64,000 bases of DNA from Camelus ferus (Eukaryota): the NCBI RefSeq assembly GCF_009834535.1, contig NC_045696.1, positions 58,530,001 to 58,594,000 of the forward strand, given 5' to 3'. The notes under the pieces are model-generated. The model saw only the letters and a program-made list of their open reading frames with translations, searched no databases and was not told the origin of the DNA. Below, piece by piece: positions 1 to 11,289 of the stretch. The translations under genes were made by a program, and so were the position numbers. The stretch's first letter is position 1; each line of letters opens with the position of its first letter.

Positions 1-2869
1 TTATTTTTGTAGCCAAGTTTTAAAGAAGGATTGAACAACAGAATTTTTATTTCTAGTTCCTGACAAGAACCTGGACTTCATATATTTTCTATCATTGATT
101 AGAAACCTTGTTAGTTGGTTTCTAGTTTATTGAAGTTTTTATGCTATGTAACAATAAATTTAGCCTGAAATATATAAAATTGGGAATTTACGTGTGTACC
201 TGACTTATTTAAAATTCTCATATGACACCTTTTTCTAACCACCATGAGTTTGCCAGATAAAACTCAAAGATCTGCAGTAGTCATCTAGCACAGCGTGAAA
301 CCAGCACTAGTTTGGTTTCCTAGCCATGTTTCTAAATGCTTTTTCTTTCAAAGCCCAGTTTACAGCTTACTTCTTTTGAATTACCTTCTGCCTCATTACT
401 GCTGTTTAACTTCTCTAGTGGTTTCCCTCCCTTCACAGACAATCTGTAGAACTTGATGGACTTTTTCATCATTTTTTTCTTTACATTTTTAAAAATTTCT
501 ATATCCACTCTCTACAAATAGGTTGTAACTAATTGAGAGAATTGATCTGCCCTCCTCTGTATTATTTTTGATTCCTCATCTCTTAGTATTGTGGTCTTCA
601 AATTTGTACAGAAATCAAAATGCTCTTTGCAGAATACCACTAAGAAGCAAAACTAAGTGTATAATTATGTGTTAAATCAGATTATACATCACGTTAGATT
701 CTACTTCAGTAGGTAGAGAAAGACCAGAGTTTTGAGGGAAAAAAAAATAGGTAAGTAACATTTAAAATTGAGAACTTCCCTTTAATTTTCTCACCCTGTA
801 TATGGGAAACTGATGAATTTCATCAGACTATAGTAGCTGCATACTTTAGTTCAGCTAATGGAGCGTGTTCTGTAGAGACTGGCTTGTGCTGACACAGAGC
901 CTTGCACATACAATAGCTGCTACATGAGGGAGGGGTGGTTGTTTGTGGGATATGGCAGTGTTCAAAGTGCCATGGAGTTAAGTCTTCATTTTCTTCAAAA
1001 TTCTTCACCTTGGCTCATTGATTGGGGGTGGGGGCTGCATAATCCAGTTTTGCGATTTCTCTTCATATTACATAGTGATACAACAGTTATTTGCATAAAA
1101 TTTTAAGGAATTCATCTCTTTTATTAGTTGAAGGATACTCCTTAAATTGTAATAAATAATATATAAACTTACTACTTAAGAAACAACAATGGTCATAGCA
1201 ATAATTATGAACCATATGAAAATTAAGTTGTGTCTTATGAGATCTTAAAACTTTGAGGTTGGTTTTAGGTGTTTAAAAATCATAGTTGTACATTTTGAGA
1301 TCCCTTTAAACATTGAGACACTTATCTTATGAAAATACAAACCCTTTGGGAGGTCAGTCATACTCTGTTGAGTTTTAGCGCAAGAAATAAAATTCCTTAG
1401 TTCTTTCACAGCAAATTCATTTGAAGTCTGATAGTGGCTGTGGGCTTCATAGGTTCTCTTCTTACCCTAGAAGTCACTTTCTTCATATTTGTCCCCAAAC
1501 TGCTACCTCCAGCTGGGAATGCTGTTTTGGACTTAACCTGCCTTTTGGTTTTTGTTTCTGGATTTCCTTTCACTCTTTGGTGGTTTTGTTTGTTTGTTTG
1601 TTTCACTAATATTTTCTGATTACAAGAATAGCAACTTCAGCAATGACCCAGTTATTAAAAATACCAGCAATTGCCAGGTGCTTTACTTATCATTAAATTT
1701 AAGTTAAATTTAAGAAACTTATTCAAAGTCCCAAAGCTAATAAATGGTATATCTTGACATGCAATCATTTGTCTTCAGCATTCACATTATTCTCTGGTAA
1801 AAGAAGAAGTGGCCTCCCTTTACCCTTAACCTCTTTCTTGATAGGGCAAGGAGAAATTAACCAGGGAAGAGAATTTAGTAAAACTACTCTTCCCCTTTTG
1901 GTTGAGAAATGATGAGCAGCAGGGTATGTGTGAAGTCTGGAATTGATGAGAGCATGGCCTCACTAGACAAGGTGTTTAGGAGGGAGGGGGTATAGCGGGG
2001 GAATGCAACCCACCTATAGATACCAAACCACTTGGGGGAGGAAGATAACCTGTGTTTTGTCTCATTACTAGTATTGTATTCCTTTTCCACTGCTTATTAT
2101 GGTAAAAGCCACAGCTTTTCAGCACCATGTATGTTAAATAGGCTCTTATAAACTGGAACCTAATTGCTCTAAAATTACAGTTTCTTGTAGGAAAATGAGT
2201 TTTAGGTACAATAAACTTGTGGAATACAACAGTAAAATTAGGGGCTATCTATGATTGGTTACCTAGAATAAGTCAGGATCTTCATTCTCTGGGGTGTGAA
2301 GGTGTTAGGGTTAGTGGGAAAGGGTGAGTTAGGAGATAGATTAACTCTGCAGAAAAAGAAAATGCAGGATGTCAAAGGCAAATTTTGCATCCAAAGCTCT
2401 GATGGTATAATCACCTTTGGCCACTTCAAATCATCTGTTTCTCCTTTAGCTGACTGTTGTTAAGTTGCTATCATCTGGCATATTACATATTTTCTTATTT
2501 GATGAGGTTTAAATTAGTGACTAAAATGGGTCTTTCATCCATGGGATAATGTATTTATGATTTAGCTCTTCACCGTTGGAGGGTAATTGAAGGTTGGCTA
2601 CCTAAGAGAGGAGTAAGTGAGAAAATATGTTCTTGTAGAATGCTGCACATGGAGGACACTCAGTGTTTGTGAGCTCTTTCTGTCCCACTGATGGTGAAGT
2701 CTTGTTTTCACTTTGTTTCTTATCAGATGTATTTGGTGATAATAAATTCATAGGGCATATTCACTTTCATAAAGTCAAACCATTTTTTAATATTTAAAAG
2801 TTTAAGTGCTTTATTTTATAGAATGGAATTTATTGTGGAAAGTTCTGTTTAAAAAATAACATTTTTCTA

Positions 2870-3095
2870 AAATGTCACGAGTATTTTGACAAGAGTTGTG
2901 TTGGATCTGTAGATTGCTTTGTGTGGTATGGCCACTTTGATAATGTTGATTCTTCCAATCCAAGAGCACAAGATATCTTTCCATTTCTTTGTATCATCTT
3001 CAGTTTCCTTCATCAGTGTTTCACAGTTTTCAGAGTATAGGAAACCTCCTTGGTTAAGTTTATTTCTAGGTATATTATTGTTTTTGATGCAATGG
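2870..3095 (-). mobile_element. L1 ORF2 fragment
   Basis: gatctgtagattgctttg...ttcttccaatccaagagcac...ctttccatttc is antisense L1 ORF2 sequence. Confidence 0.8.
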
Positions 3096-4444
3096 GAATG
3101 TTTATGCTAGTTATAAAATCCTGGTTTTTGAAGTGAAAAAAAAAGTGAATGAAGGGCTGCAAATGGCAAAATTAAAAAAAAAATAACCTTTTTCTTATAT
3201 TTAGCATCTTTAAGAATAGATTAGCGATGGCATGTCCTACTAAAGAACTTGTCTTCACCCAGGAAGGTGGCAAACATGGCTACAAGGGATAAGCAGATTT
3301 TCTATGTGCAGTGGTACAGTTGGAGAATGAAAATTATGTGTAATACAAATATTATTACTGTTTCAATTTATAGTTTGCTATATACTTTAGCATGCTACAT
3401 GCTATATCTTCCATGTTACAAAATACAGTTTAGTTTCTTTAATCTTGTTTTGTATATCATTGTTTTAAGTACATTCCCGACACCTAATTGCAGGTGCCTG
3501 GAACCCAGGGACTTGGTCTTGACATCAGAGTCTATAGAGTAGAATGCTAGACATATGCTGGGTGCTCTGTTACTTGCTGTGGGGAAGACCAGTGTTTTCA
3601 CTAATTATTTAGTTTGGTGCAGCAAGCTAGAATTGTCCTAAAATGTCAATGTTTAATTGGTGGTGTCTAAAATTTCTTTGGCATTTCATAAATAAAATTA
3701 GATACCAGAAAAAATTTACTGTCTAAAACCGCTTACTCATTTTGTTGAACTTTAGGAATCACCTGAGTTATGGCCTGCTTGGATGCATGGTAAAATTAAC
3801 TTTTAAACAAAATGATTGAAATAGCTAAGTCCTCTTTATCTGGAGTTTGAACTTCCACCAGCTTTATCTACTCAAGACACATTTGATCCTGAAAGACTGT
3901 AAAGAAGTTACTAGTGTGTGTGCTGGAGAAAAACCAAAGATGCAGTGAGGTTTGATAAATTCCTTGGCCAGAAGAAAGGAGGTAGCTATAGAGATCAAAG
4001 CCCATTGGCCCTAAAGCCCAGAAGTGGAAGGAAATAAGAAAGAAAAATAAAGTTAGAGCAAAGTAGGAAGAAAACAACTGCAATTTAAGATTTGTGCTCA
4101 AGTTGGAGAAAAGAGGACTTTGTTGTTGTTGTGAAGATTAGTAATGACTGTGATAAAAAGAAAGCAGACATACTTGTTAGACCGTTATAGCTATCTGGAG
4201 GTACTCACTACAGAGGTGAGTAGTTCTACATGGTCCCTCTCTTTAAAGTACGGAGATGTTGAAGTCTCAACTGATCTGAACTCTGAAGCCTTCTGGGAAC
4301 ACTGACCTGGAAGAGCAGATGAAGGCCTGTTTTCTTCTGTCATTAGTCAAGTGTTTATTGAGTTGCTGCTTTATGTAGATACTGCTGAGCTGTATAATTG
4401 TCTGTGCACAATATACTAAGCAAATTAGGTATAAATGAGTAAAT

Positions 4445-5040
4445 GAATCATGCCATCTTTGCACTCATTTATTTGCTACTTTATTGAGCACTTATTGTGT
4501 ACTAGACACACAATATTCTAGATGCTAAGAATACAGTTGTGAACCATACAGAAATCATCCCTGCTTTCACAGAGTATACATATTAGAGGGGCATTACAGC
4601 AAACATACAAATATATAATTACAAACTGGGTTAGTTAAATGAAGAAAAATAACAGGTGCTACGATATAAGCATGGAGGTGGGATCAATTTAGATGATTTG
4701 CTCTGTAAAGGGCTTTTTTTTTTTTTGCCATGTATGTTGGATTTATTTTAATTTTTGCAACTTGCGTCTTGATTTTCATTTATTAGTGTCCTGGAGGGAC
4801 TTTTTAAGTCTAAGAACTGAAGGATGAGTAGGAATAGCCAGGTCAGAATTGGAGCATGGTAGAGGTAGGGTTGGGGATATTGCAAATGGGGAAGACAGAA
4901 TTCGTGAAACTTCTCAGATTGAGAGTTAGAGAATGGGAGGTAGAGAGGGAACTGGTATGCTTGAGGATCTGAAACAAGACTAGTGTGGCTGGAATGCAGA
5001 GGGGGAGTGGAGTTTTACAAGGTAAAGTGGAGAAATTGGT
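4445..5040 (-). mobile_element. L2 LINE 3' fragment
   Basis: tcattt...ttattgagcacttattgtgt (antisense L2 terminus) followed by purine-rich L2-like body. Confidence 0.65.
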
Positions 5041-5199
5041 AGAGCTTCCCAAATACTTTTTTGATACGAGTTCCAAAATCCTCAAGTTTTATTGCTCTTG
5101 ATTACAGGGAGAAATAGAGATTGATTTGTGGCTTGGAAAAAGTGAAAAAATGTTGGTGAATTAGAACATAATTGGTTTATACCATAGGAAGTTTTGTTG

Positions 5200-5425
5200 T
5201 GGAAAGAATGTTGGCTTTGGAGTTAGAACTAAGCTCTTCCCAGCTCTGTTTTGTAATGTTGTGTGGCCTTGGGTAAATTACTAAGCCTCTCGGAGCCTCT
5301 GTTCCTTCATATGTGAAATGGAGATGGTAATGCCCCTTTATTGTAAGAATGAAATTAGATAAAATATGTAAAGCACTTAGCAAAGGACCTGGTTCATACT
5401 AAGTGGTCTGTAAATTGTACCTGCT
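5200..5425 (+). mobile_element. MIR SINE
   Basis: ggctttggagttaga...ccttgggtaaattact...ctctgttccttcatatgtgaaatgg...atgtaaagcacttag MIR core. Confidence 0.8.
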
Positions 5426-6279
5426 ACTGTTACTACTGCTTCTCTTCTTCCTCCTCTTCAAAGCAGAAGGACAACCTCCAGATTGTCTATAAAAAGTGAA
5501 CTAAATGAACCTGATGGACAGGCTAAAGCCTGCACAAACCGTCATGCCTCTAGTGACCTTAGACTATTTGATATGAGTAGTCCTCAGTGCAATGGTAGGA
5601 GTCTCAGTTTGTCCCAGTGATATGAAAAAAGCAGAATTTTTGATAACAAAGGTGTAAATCCACTGCACTGTATATACTTTTGGAAAACTGGCTTTGCATT
5701 TCAAATAAAGACAGTTTTGTAAGGGGTAAGTTCACTATGAAAAGTCATAATATTATAGAACACTTTAGAGTATTTTCATAGAGCATCATGCAATTATAGT
5801 AAAACAAAGGCTTTGGAATAAAGACTCTGAAAATGTTAATATACAATCTTAAAAACGTAAGATTTTCTTAATGTTTCTATTTCTTTTCACAAATAATTCT
5901 CCACTTAAATTGAATGCAAGCAAGAGAAACCATTTGGGATAAACTGTCCTGTAAATATCTGTGGTTCACTCTGTTATTAACATGGAAATGCAGTGAACCC
6001 CCTGCCATAATACAACAAATGGAGTCTAAAAGCTTCAGTCATGTTATTGGAGGATGTGAAATAACTCCTAGATAGCCACTTGGAAGTTCCAAGTGTGTCG
6101 AAGCCAATCACCAGTTGTGTTCTATCAGAATTCAAGTTGCTGGGGTGTATATTTGAATGCTAATGACATGTCAAAGAATTTTGATAATGGCAGTGAAGTT
6201 TTTTTTGGAAAGAGAAAAGTACTTCGGAAAATCATACTTTGACTTTTGATTTAGTTGTCAATTTTGTAGAAAAACACTA

Positions 6280-6505
6280 TATGTTATGGCTAAACCTCTT
6301 TTGATTGTGACCCATAAGAAGAGATACATTTTACCTTGTGAACATTACTTACATACAAATAGGAAACTAAAACAAAAGTTTTATGAAACAACATGCATTC
6401 CAGTATTTTCTGTTATATTCTATTTCAAGTTTTAAGAAAATGCTGTGTGTAATTCACTGAACTAATTTTATGAGTTACAACTTGCAGTTTGAAAAACGTT
6501 GCATC
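6280..6505. mobile_element. hAT-Charlie non-autonomous DNA transposon (MER119-like)
   Basis: ttttgattgtgacccataagaagagatacatttta ... gcagtttgaaaaac resembles the MER119-type ends as I recall them. Confidence 0.5.
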
Positions 6506-7204
6506 AGATGACTATGTATTAAGTGGAACTTCAGAAAAGGAATTCCAGGTTATTCCAGAAGCTTAAGATCAGCACAGTTTCACTAGCAGTATATCCCACA
6601 TCATTAATAATTGAAGATTAATAGGTGCCAACTCCACATTATTTGGCTGCCTGGGCTGATTTTTTTTTAAGAAAGAAAGATATATGTTTATTTATTTGCA
6701 TATGTATAAAATCTCACTGGAAGGATACACATGAAGTTAACAATAACATGAGTTGCTTGAGGGACAGAGAACTCCGTATCTGTGAGCAGAGGTGAGGGTA
6801 GGACACTTTAAGTATAGTATTTCCTTTCATTTTTCATTGTTAAAATTTGAGTCATGTGAATATATTTATTCTAAAGGTTAAATTAAAAATAATAAATTCT
6901 GCTTCTACATTATTAGAGAAAAAAGGGAAGGAAGGACTCTAACATGGATCAGGGTTTAGCAGTAGAAGTTGCTGTGATAGATTAGCAGTGTCTGGCACAG
7001 GAGTGGGAGTTATAGTCTGTGTGCTGTTTGCTACCTGTGATCTACCTGTTGATTGACAGTACTATAAAAGAATGTTTAAATGACTTATTAAAAAGGGTCA
7101 GTTTGTGTTCCATGCTCTGCTTATTATAGGAAAGTATATACTTTATTTTAGAAAGTTTTTTTTCAATAGAAGGTGGTTAATTTAAACATTTTATTGCTAA
7201 AGTA

Positions 7205-7723
7205 GAAGCTTTTTATTTTAATTTTTAATGTCTTATTTAGAAATAATTTCAAACTTTCAGAAAAGTTATACAAATAAGAAAATTACAAATAATACCTGTT
7301 CCCAGGCTCATGTTTTATTAACATTTTACACCATTTGCTTTATTGTTTTATCTACCTACCTACCTATCTATCTGATTTATTTTTATCTGTTATTTGAAGA
7401 AACTTACAAATACTGTGCCCCTTTATTCCTACTACTTCAAAGTAATTTCCTAAAATTAGGGATATTCTCTTATGTAACTATTGTACAGTCATCAGGTCTA
7501 GTAAATGTAATATTGATACCATGTTTTTACCTAATCTGCCTATTTTCCATTTTTGTCAATTGACCCAGGAATGTCCTTTATAATAAACATTTCCCCCCCC
7601 CCGGCACAGGATCCAGACTAAGGTTAGGTATTACATGCAGTTGTGTCTTTATTTTTAATATATACTTATTTTACTTATTTTTTAGGGGAGGAGGTAATTA
7701 GGTTTGTTTGTTTGTTTGTTTGT

Positions 7724-7763
<40 letters not shown>

Positions 7764-8400
7764 AGAGGAGGTACATACTGGGGATTGAACCCAGGATGCA
7801 TGCTAAGCACATTCTCTACCACTGAGCTATTCCTTCCCTGTCACTTGTGTCTCTTTGGCCTCCTATGATCAGAAACATTTCCACAGCCTTTTTTTTTTTT
7901 AAACAACATTGAGATTTTTAAAGAATACAGCCTTCTCTTCACTTTAAAGAAAACAGAATTTTGATCATTCTGATATTCCTTCATGATTAGATTCAGATTA
8001 TGCGTTCTAAGCCAGAATACTACATAGCTGATATGTCTTACTGAAGATATTGCATCTGGAGGCACAGGAAGCCAATCTGCCCTTCATTAGTGATGTTAGA
8101 GTATCCTTGGTCAAGGTTTTGCCTAGTTTCTACTATATAATAAATATTTTCCCCTTGTGGCCAATAAGCAATCCACGAGAAGACACCATGCAAAATTTCC
8201 TGCTCCTCACCAAAATATCCACCTAGATTTGACATCCATTGATTATCTTTGCTTGATCCAATTTTTACTATGTTGGTTGCAAAGTGTAGATTTTTCCAAT
8301 TCTAGCACTGTCTCCCCATTTACCAGTTGGCATTCTGCTATGAACAAGAGTCTTCCGTTCTTCCCTTTTATTTGTTATTATGAATGCATAAACTCTCCCC
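7205..8400 (-). mobile_element. Old L1 3'-end fragment (L1MC/MD/ME-like), interrupted by the SINE
   Basis: Typical antisense L1M 3' UTR text, e.g. aataatttcaaactttcagaaaagtt and cctcatgattagattcag. Confidence 0.7.
7651..7838 (-). mobile_element. tRNA-derived SINE (Vic-1-like) containing a (TTTG)n(TTTA)n microsatellite
   Basis: Reverse complement of the same SINE (ggggattgaacccagg...ctctaccactgagctat). Tetranucleotide array at about 7703-7761. Confidence 0.85.
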
Positions 8401-8930
8401 CTACCCACAATGATTTGCAGTTCATTATTATGTGAAGAGAGGATTTGATGCTGGGGTCAGTGGATGACTTCAGGAGGTCAATAATCACCTTGAAATTATA
8501 TGCCAAGTTCTGTGTTGTTTTTTCTTTTTTCTGGGCAGAGTGTCCATAACTTTCATTAGAACCAAAAAGTCCTTGATTCAAACAGTGTTAAATTCTACTA
8601 GGTTGAAGAGTTGAAATCTTAAGGTATCTGTAACTTTTATATATTTGTATGTTCTTTCCCTTGTTTTCTACTCCAAGTGATAAATAACTGAACCATAGTA
8701 TGTGTCCCTCACTAGGTACATTCCATCTTTTGGTCTACTGTTTTTAAGCCATAACTGAAAATAGTATTATATTTTGGTTCCTTTAATTTTTTTGCTGAAG
8801 TATGTAATAAATGTTAATATCTTTATTGCCTCTGTAGCAGCAGTTTATGGTAAATAGAGCCAGTCTTGTGAAGCAACGAATTACCTTGATTACATTTGAA
8901 ATTTTAAATCCAATGTTTTTTACACTGTAG

Positions 8931-9094
8931 TTTTATTAGCTCTCTGGGAGTGAGCTACATGATGTTGTGCACTGAAAATTACCCAAATGTTCTGGCCTTC
9001 TCTTTCCTGGATGAGCTTCAGAAGGAGTTCATTACTACTTATAACGTGATGAAGACAAATACTGCTGTCAGACCATACTGTTTCATTGAATTTG
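8931..9094 (+). CDS. SEC22A: SEC22A internal coding exon (longin domain; exon 3 in human numbering, inferred)
   Basis: Acceptor ctgtag| at 8929-8930 and donor |gtaagg at 9095. Translates (N)[54 protein letters not shown](D), matching SEC22A as I recall it. 164 nt. Confidence 0.96.
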
Positions 9095-9423
9095 GTAAGG
9101 GACTGATTTTTTTTTTTCCTTTTCATTATCCTGTCTCCATCCAATCATAAGCAATTTCTCATCTAATACTGAGGGGCAAAGGGAAAACAGAAAATTCAGC
9201 TGCCTTGATTTTGATAGAACAGTTTGACAAATGGTCTGTAAATTATGACAACTTCTTCATTTAGGTGCCTATTAGAAAAATTGTATTTGAGCTGTGTAGG
9301 AGATTGTGATTACTTATGCAAAGAATTAATCCCGGAGGACAGTTTCTCAATGACAAACTTATAAGCCAGAGATTCAGAGTTTTGCGTTTATGTGATAATA
9401 TTTTCAGGCTGCTTAATGTAGAA

Positions 9424-9645
9424 CAAAGGGTGGCAAACATTTGTTGGAAAGGACAGGATAATACAATTTTAGGCTTTAAGGATCATATAGTCTCTGTCAC
9501 AGCTACTCAGCTCCTGCTATTACAGCTTGAAAGCAGCCATTTGCAATGAATAAATGAATGAGTATAGTTATATTCTGATAAAATTTTATTAACAAAAATC
9601 AGCAGGCTAGATTTGGCCTGTGGACATTAGTTTGCTTGACTCCTG
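9424..9645 (+). mobile_element. MER58A hAT-Charlie DNA transposon
   Basis: Termini ca..ggtggcaaac / gtttgcttgactcctg and MER58A body. Perfect 8-bp TSD atgtagaa at 9416-9423 and 9646-9653. Confidence 0.88.
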
Positions 9646-10245
9646 ATGTAGAAGGAAAAAAAAAAGTAAATCCAGGTTGTAAATAGTGAAAATAAAATTG
9701 GAAGATACTTAGGAAGTGTCTTTTATTGATTTCATTAAGTTTATTCTTTAAAACATATATTCTAGTGGTATAAGCAATACATAAGAAAACAGATTTATAT
9801 GAACATGCAATTTATAGTGTATGTTTTAATGTAATTACAACTGATAAATACTGACAGACTTATGTTTATGAGATTAGAACCCCTATAAAAATTAAGACTT
9901 TGATTTAAATTTAAAGGGAGCTGTTTTTGGGTTTTTTGTAGAAGTTCAAAGTAATTCCTTGAAGTGGATATAATAGAAATACTCTCACTGTCATGTGATG
10001 TTAAAACCCTAGTTTATTTACAATTATTAATTTCTAGAGTATAAATTCTGGTGAGAAAAACTGATGACGCCATGATATATTAACCATTAAACACAAATAA
10101 TATTAGGACGTTCCATGACAAATTGAACAGTTTGGAGTAACAAATTAAACTGTTTATTGCAAAATTTTCTATCCATAAACATCATACTCTCAAGTGATTT
10201 AATTAACGAATGACTGCAAGGAAATTTATTTTTTATTTTACATAG

Positions 10246-10440
10246 ATAACTTCATTCAGAGGACCAAGCAGCGATATAATAATCCCAGGTCTCTTTCAAC
10301 AAAGATAAATCTATGTGATATGCAGATGGAAATCAAGCTGAGGCCCCCTTATCAAATTTCCATGGGTGAACTGGGGTCAGCCAATGGAGTCACATCAGCA
10401 TTTTCTGTTGACTATAAAGGTGCTGGTAAGATTTCTTCCG
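10246..10440 (+). CDS. SEC22A: SEC22A internal coding exon (exon 4)
   Basis: Acceptor catag| and donor |gtgagt. Translates (D)[64 protein letters not shown]. 195 nt, phase compatible with the previous exon. Confidence 0.96.
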
Positions 10441-10829
10441 GTGAGTTCTGGATCTCAATTACTTCATTGAAATTTTTTTTTCTAAGACTGAGGAACTCTT
10501 AAAAACACTTTACTCTAAAATTTAATTATTTAAAAATTTTAAAGCAGATATATGAGAGAATGTAGAAATTCAAAGTAATCCTTTCTCCCAGTATTTTATA
10601 TAGTAATCTCTCAGATATGTGACTGATCAAAAAAATACTTTTAAACAACAGTCACAAAGGAACTCTTTGCTAGGGAAACATTTAAAAAGGTTTCTTTGTA
10701 TACATTTTTCTAAAAAAGAATAATAGTTTATTGTAATATATACCTGGAGGCATGTAAAGTGCTTTGCGTTGTGTAAAAATGGCTACATTCAAAGTCAGGG
10801 TTCTTGACTGTCACAGAAAATGTGATTAT

Positions 10830-11275
10830 CTACTCAAACCTCCCTCTTAAACAAGGAATACCATCCTCAATAGTTGTGACGTGTTGAAAATTTCTATTTA
10901 AAAGCAGAACTCTTGTTATTTTCTAAGGTAGTATATGCTGTTGTTGACGCTCATTTAAAAAATTCTTTCTTCTGTTTTGAGCTAAAATCTATTCTCTGTA
11001 ATGCCTACATTTGTCTAATTTCTTTGACCTCTCCCTCCTGCTCTTCAGCTGTACCAGAACTTTGAAGTCAGCAATTCTGTGTCCTTTCTATCCTATTAAT
11101 CTGATTTGCTTCCTATAAAATGGCCTTAGTTCCCTTAGCCTTTTTGTCTGTGGTGTTTTGAAACCCTCCCCATCCTGGAAGCTTCCTCTGTATATACTTT
11201 TGTTAGTATTCTTCCAATGTGACATTCAGGGCTGAACACAACACTTCATATTTGGCTTGATTAATACAAATTATG
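10830..11275 (-). mobile_element. Ancient CR1/L3 fragment
   Basis: ...ttcttccaatgtgacattcagggctgaacacaacacttca...tggcttga resembles antisense L3. Highly decayed. Confidence 0.45.
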
Positions 11276-11289
11276 GGAGAAAAGGGGAA

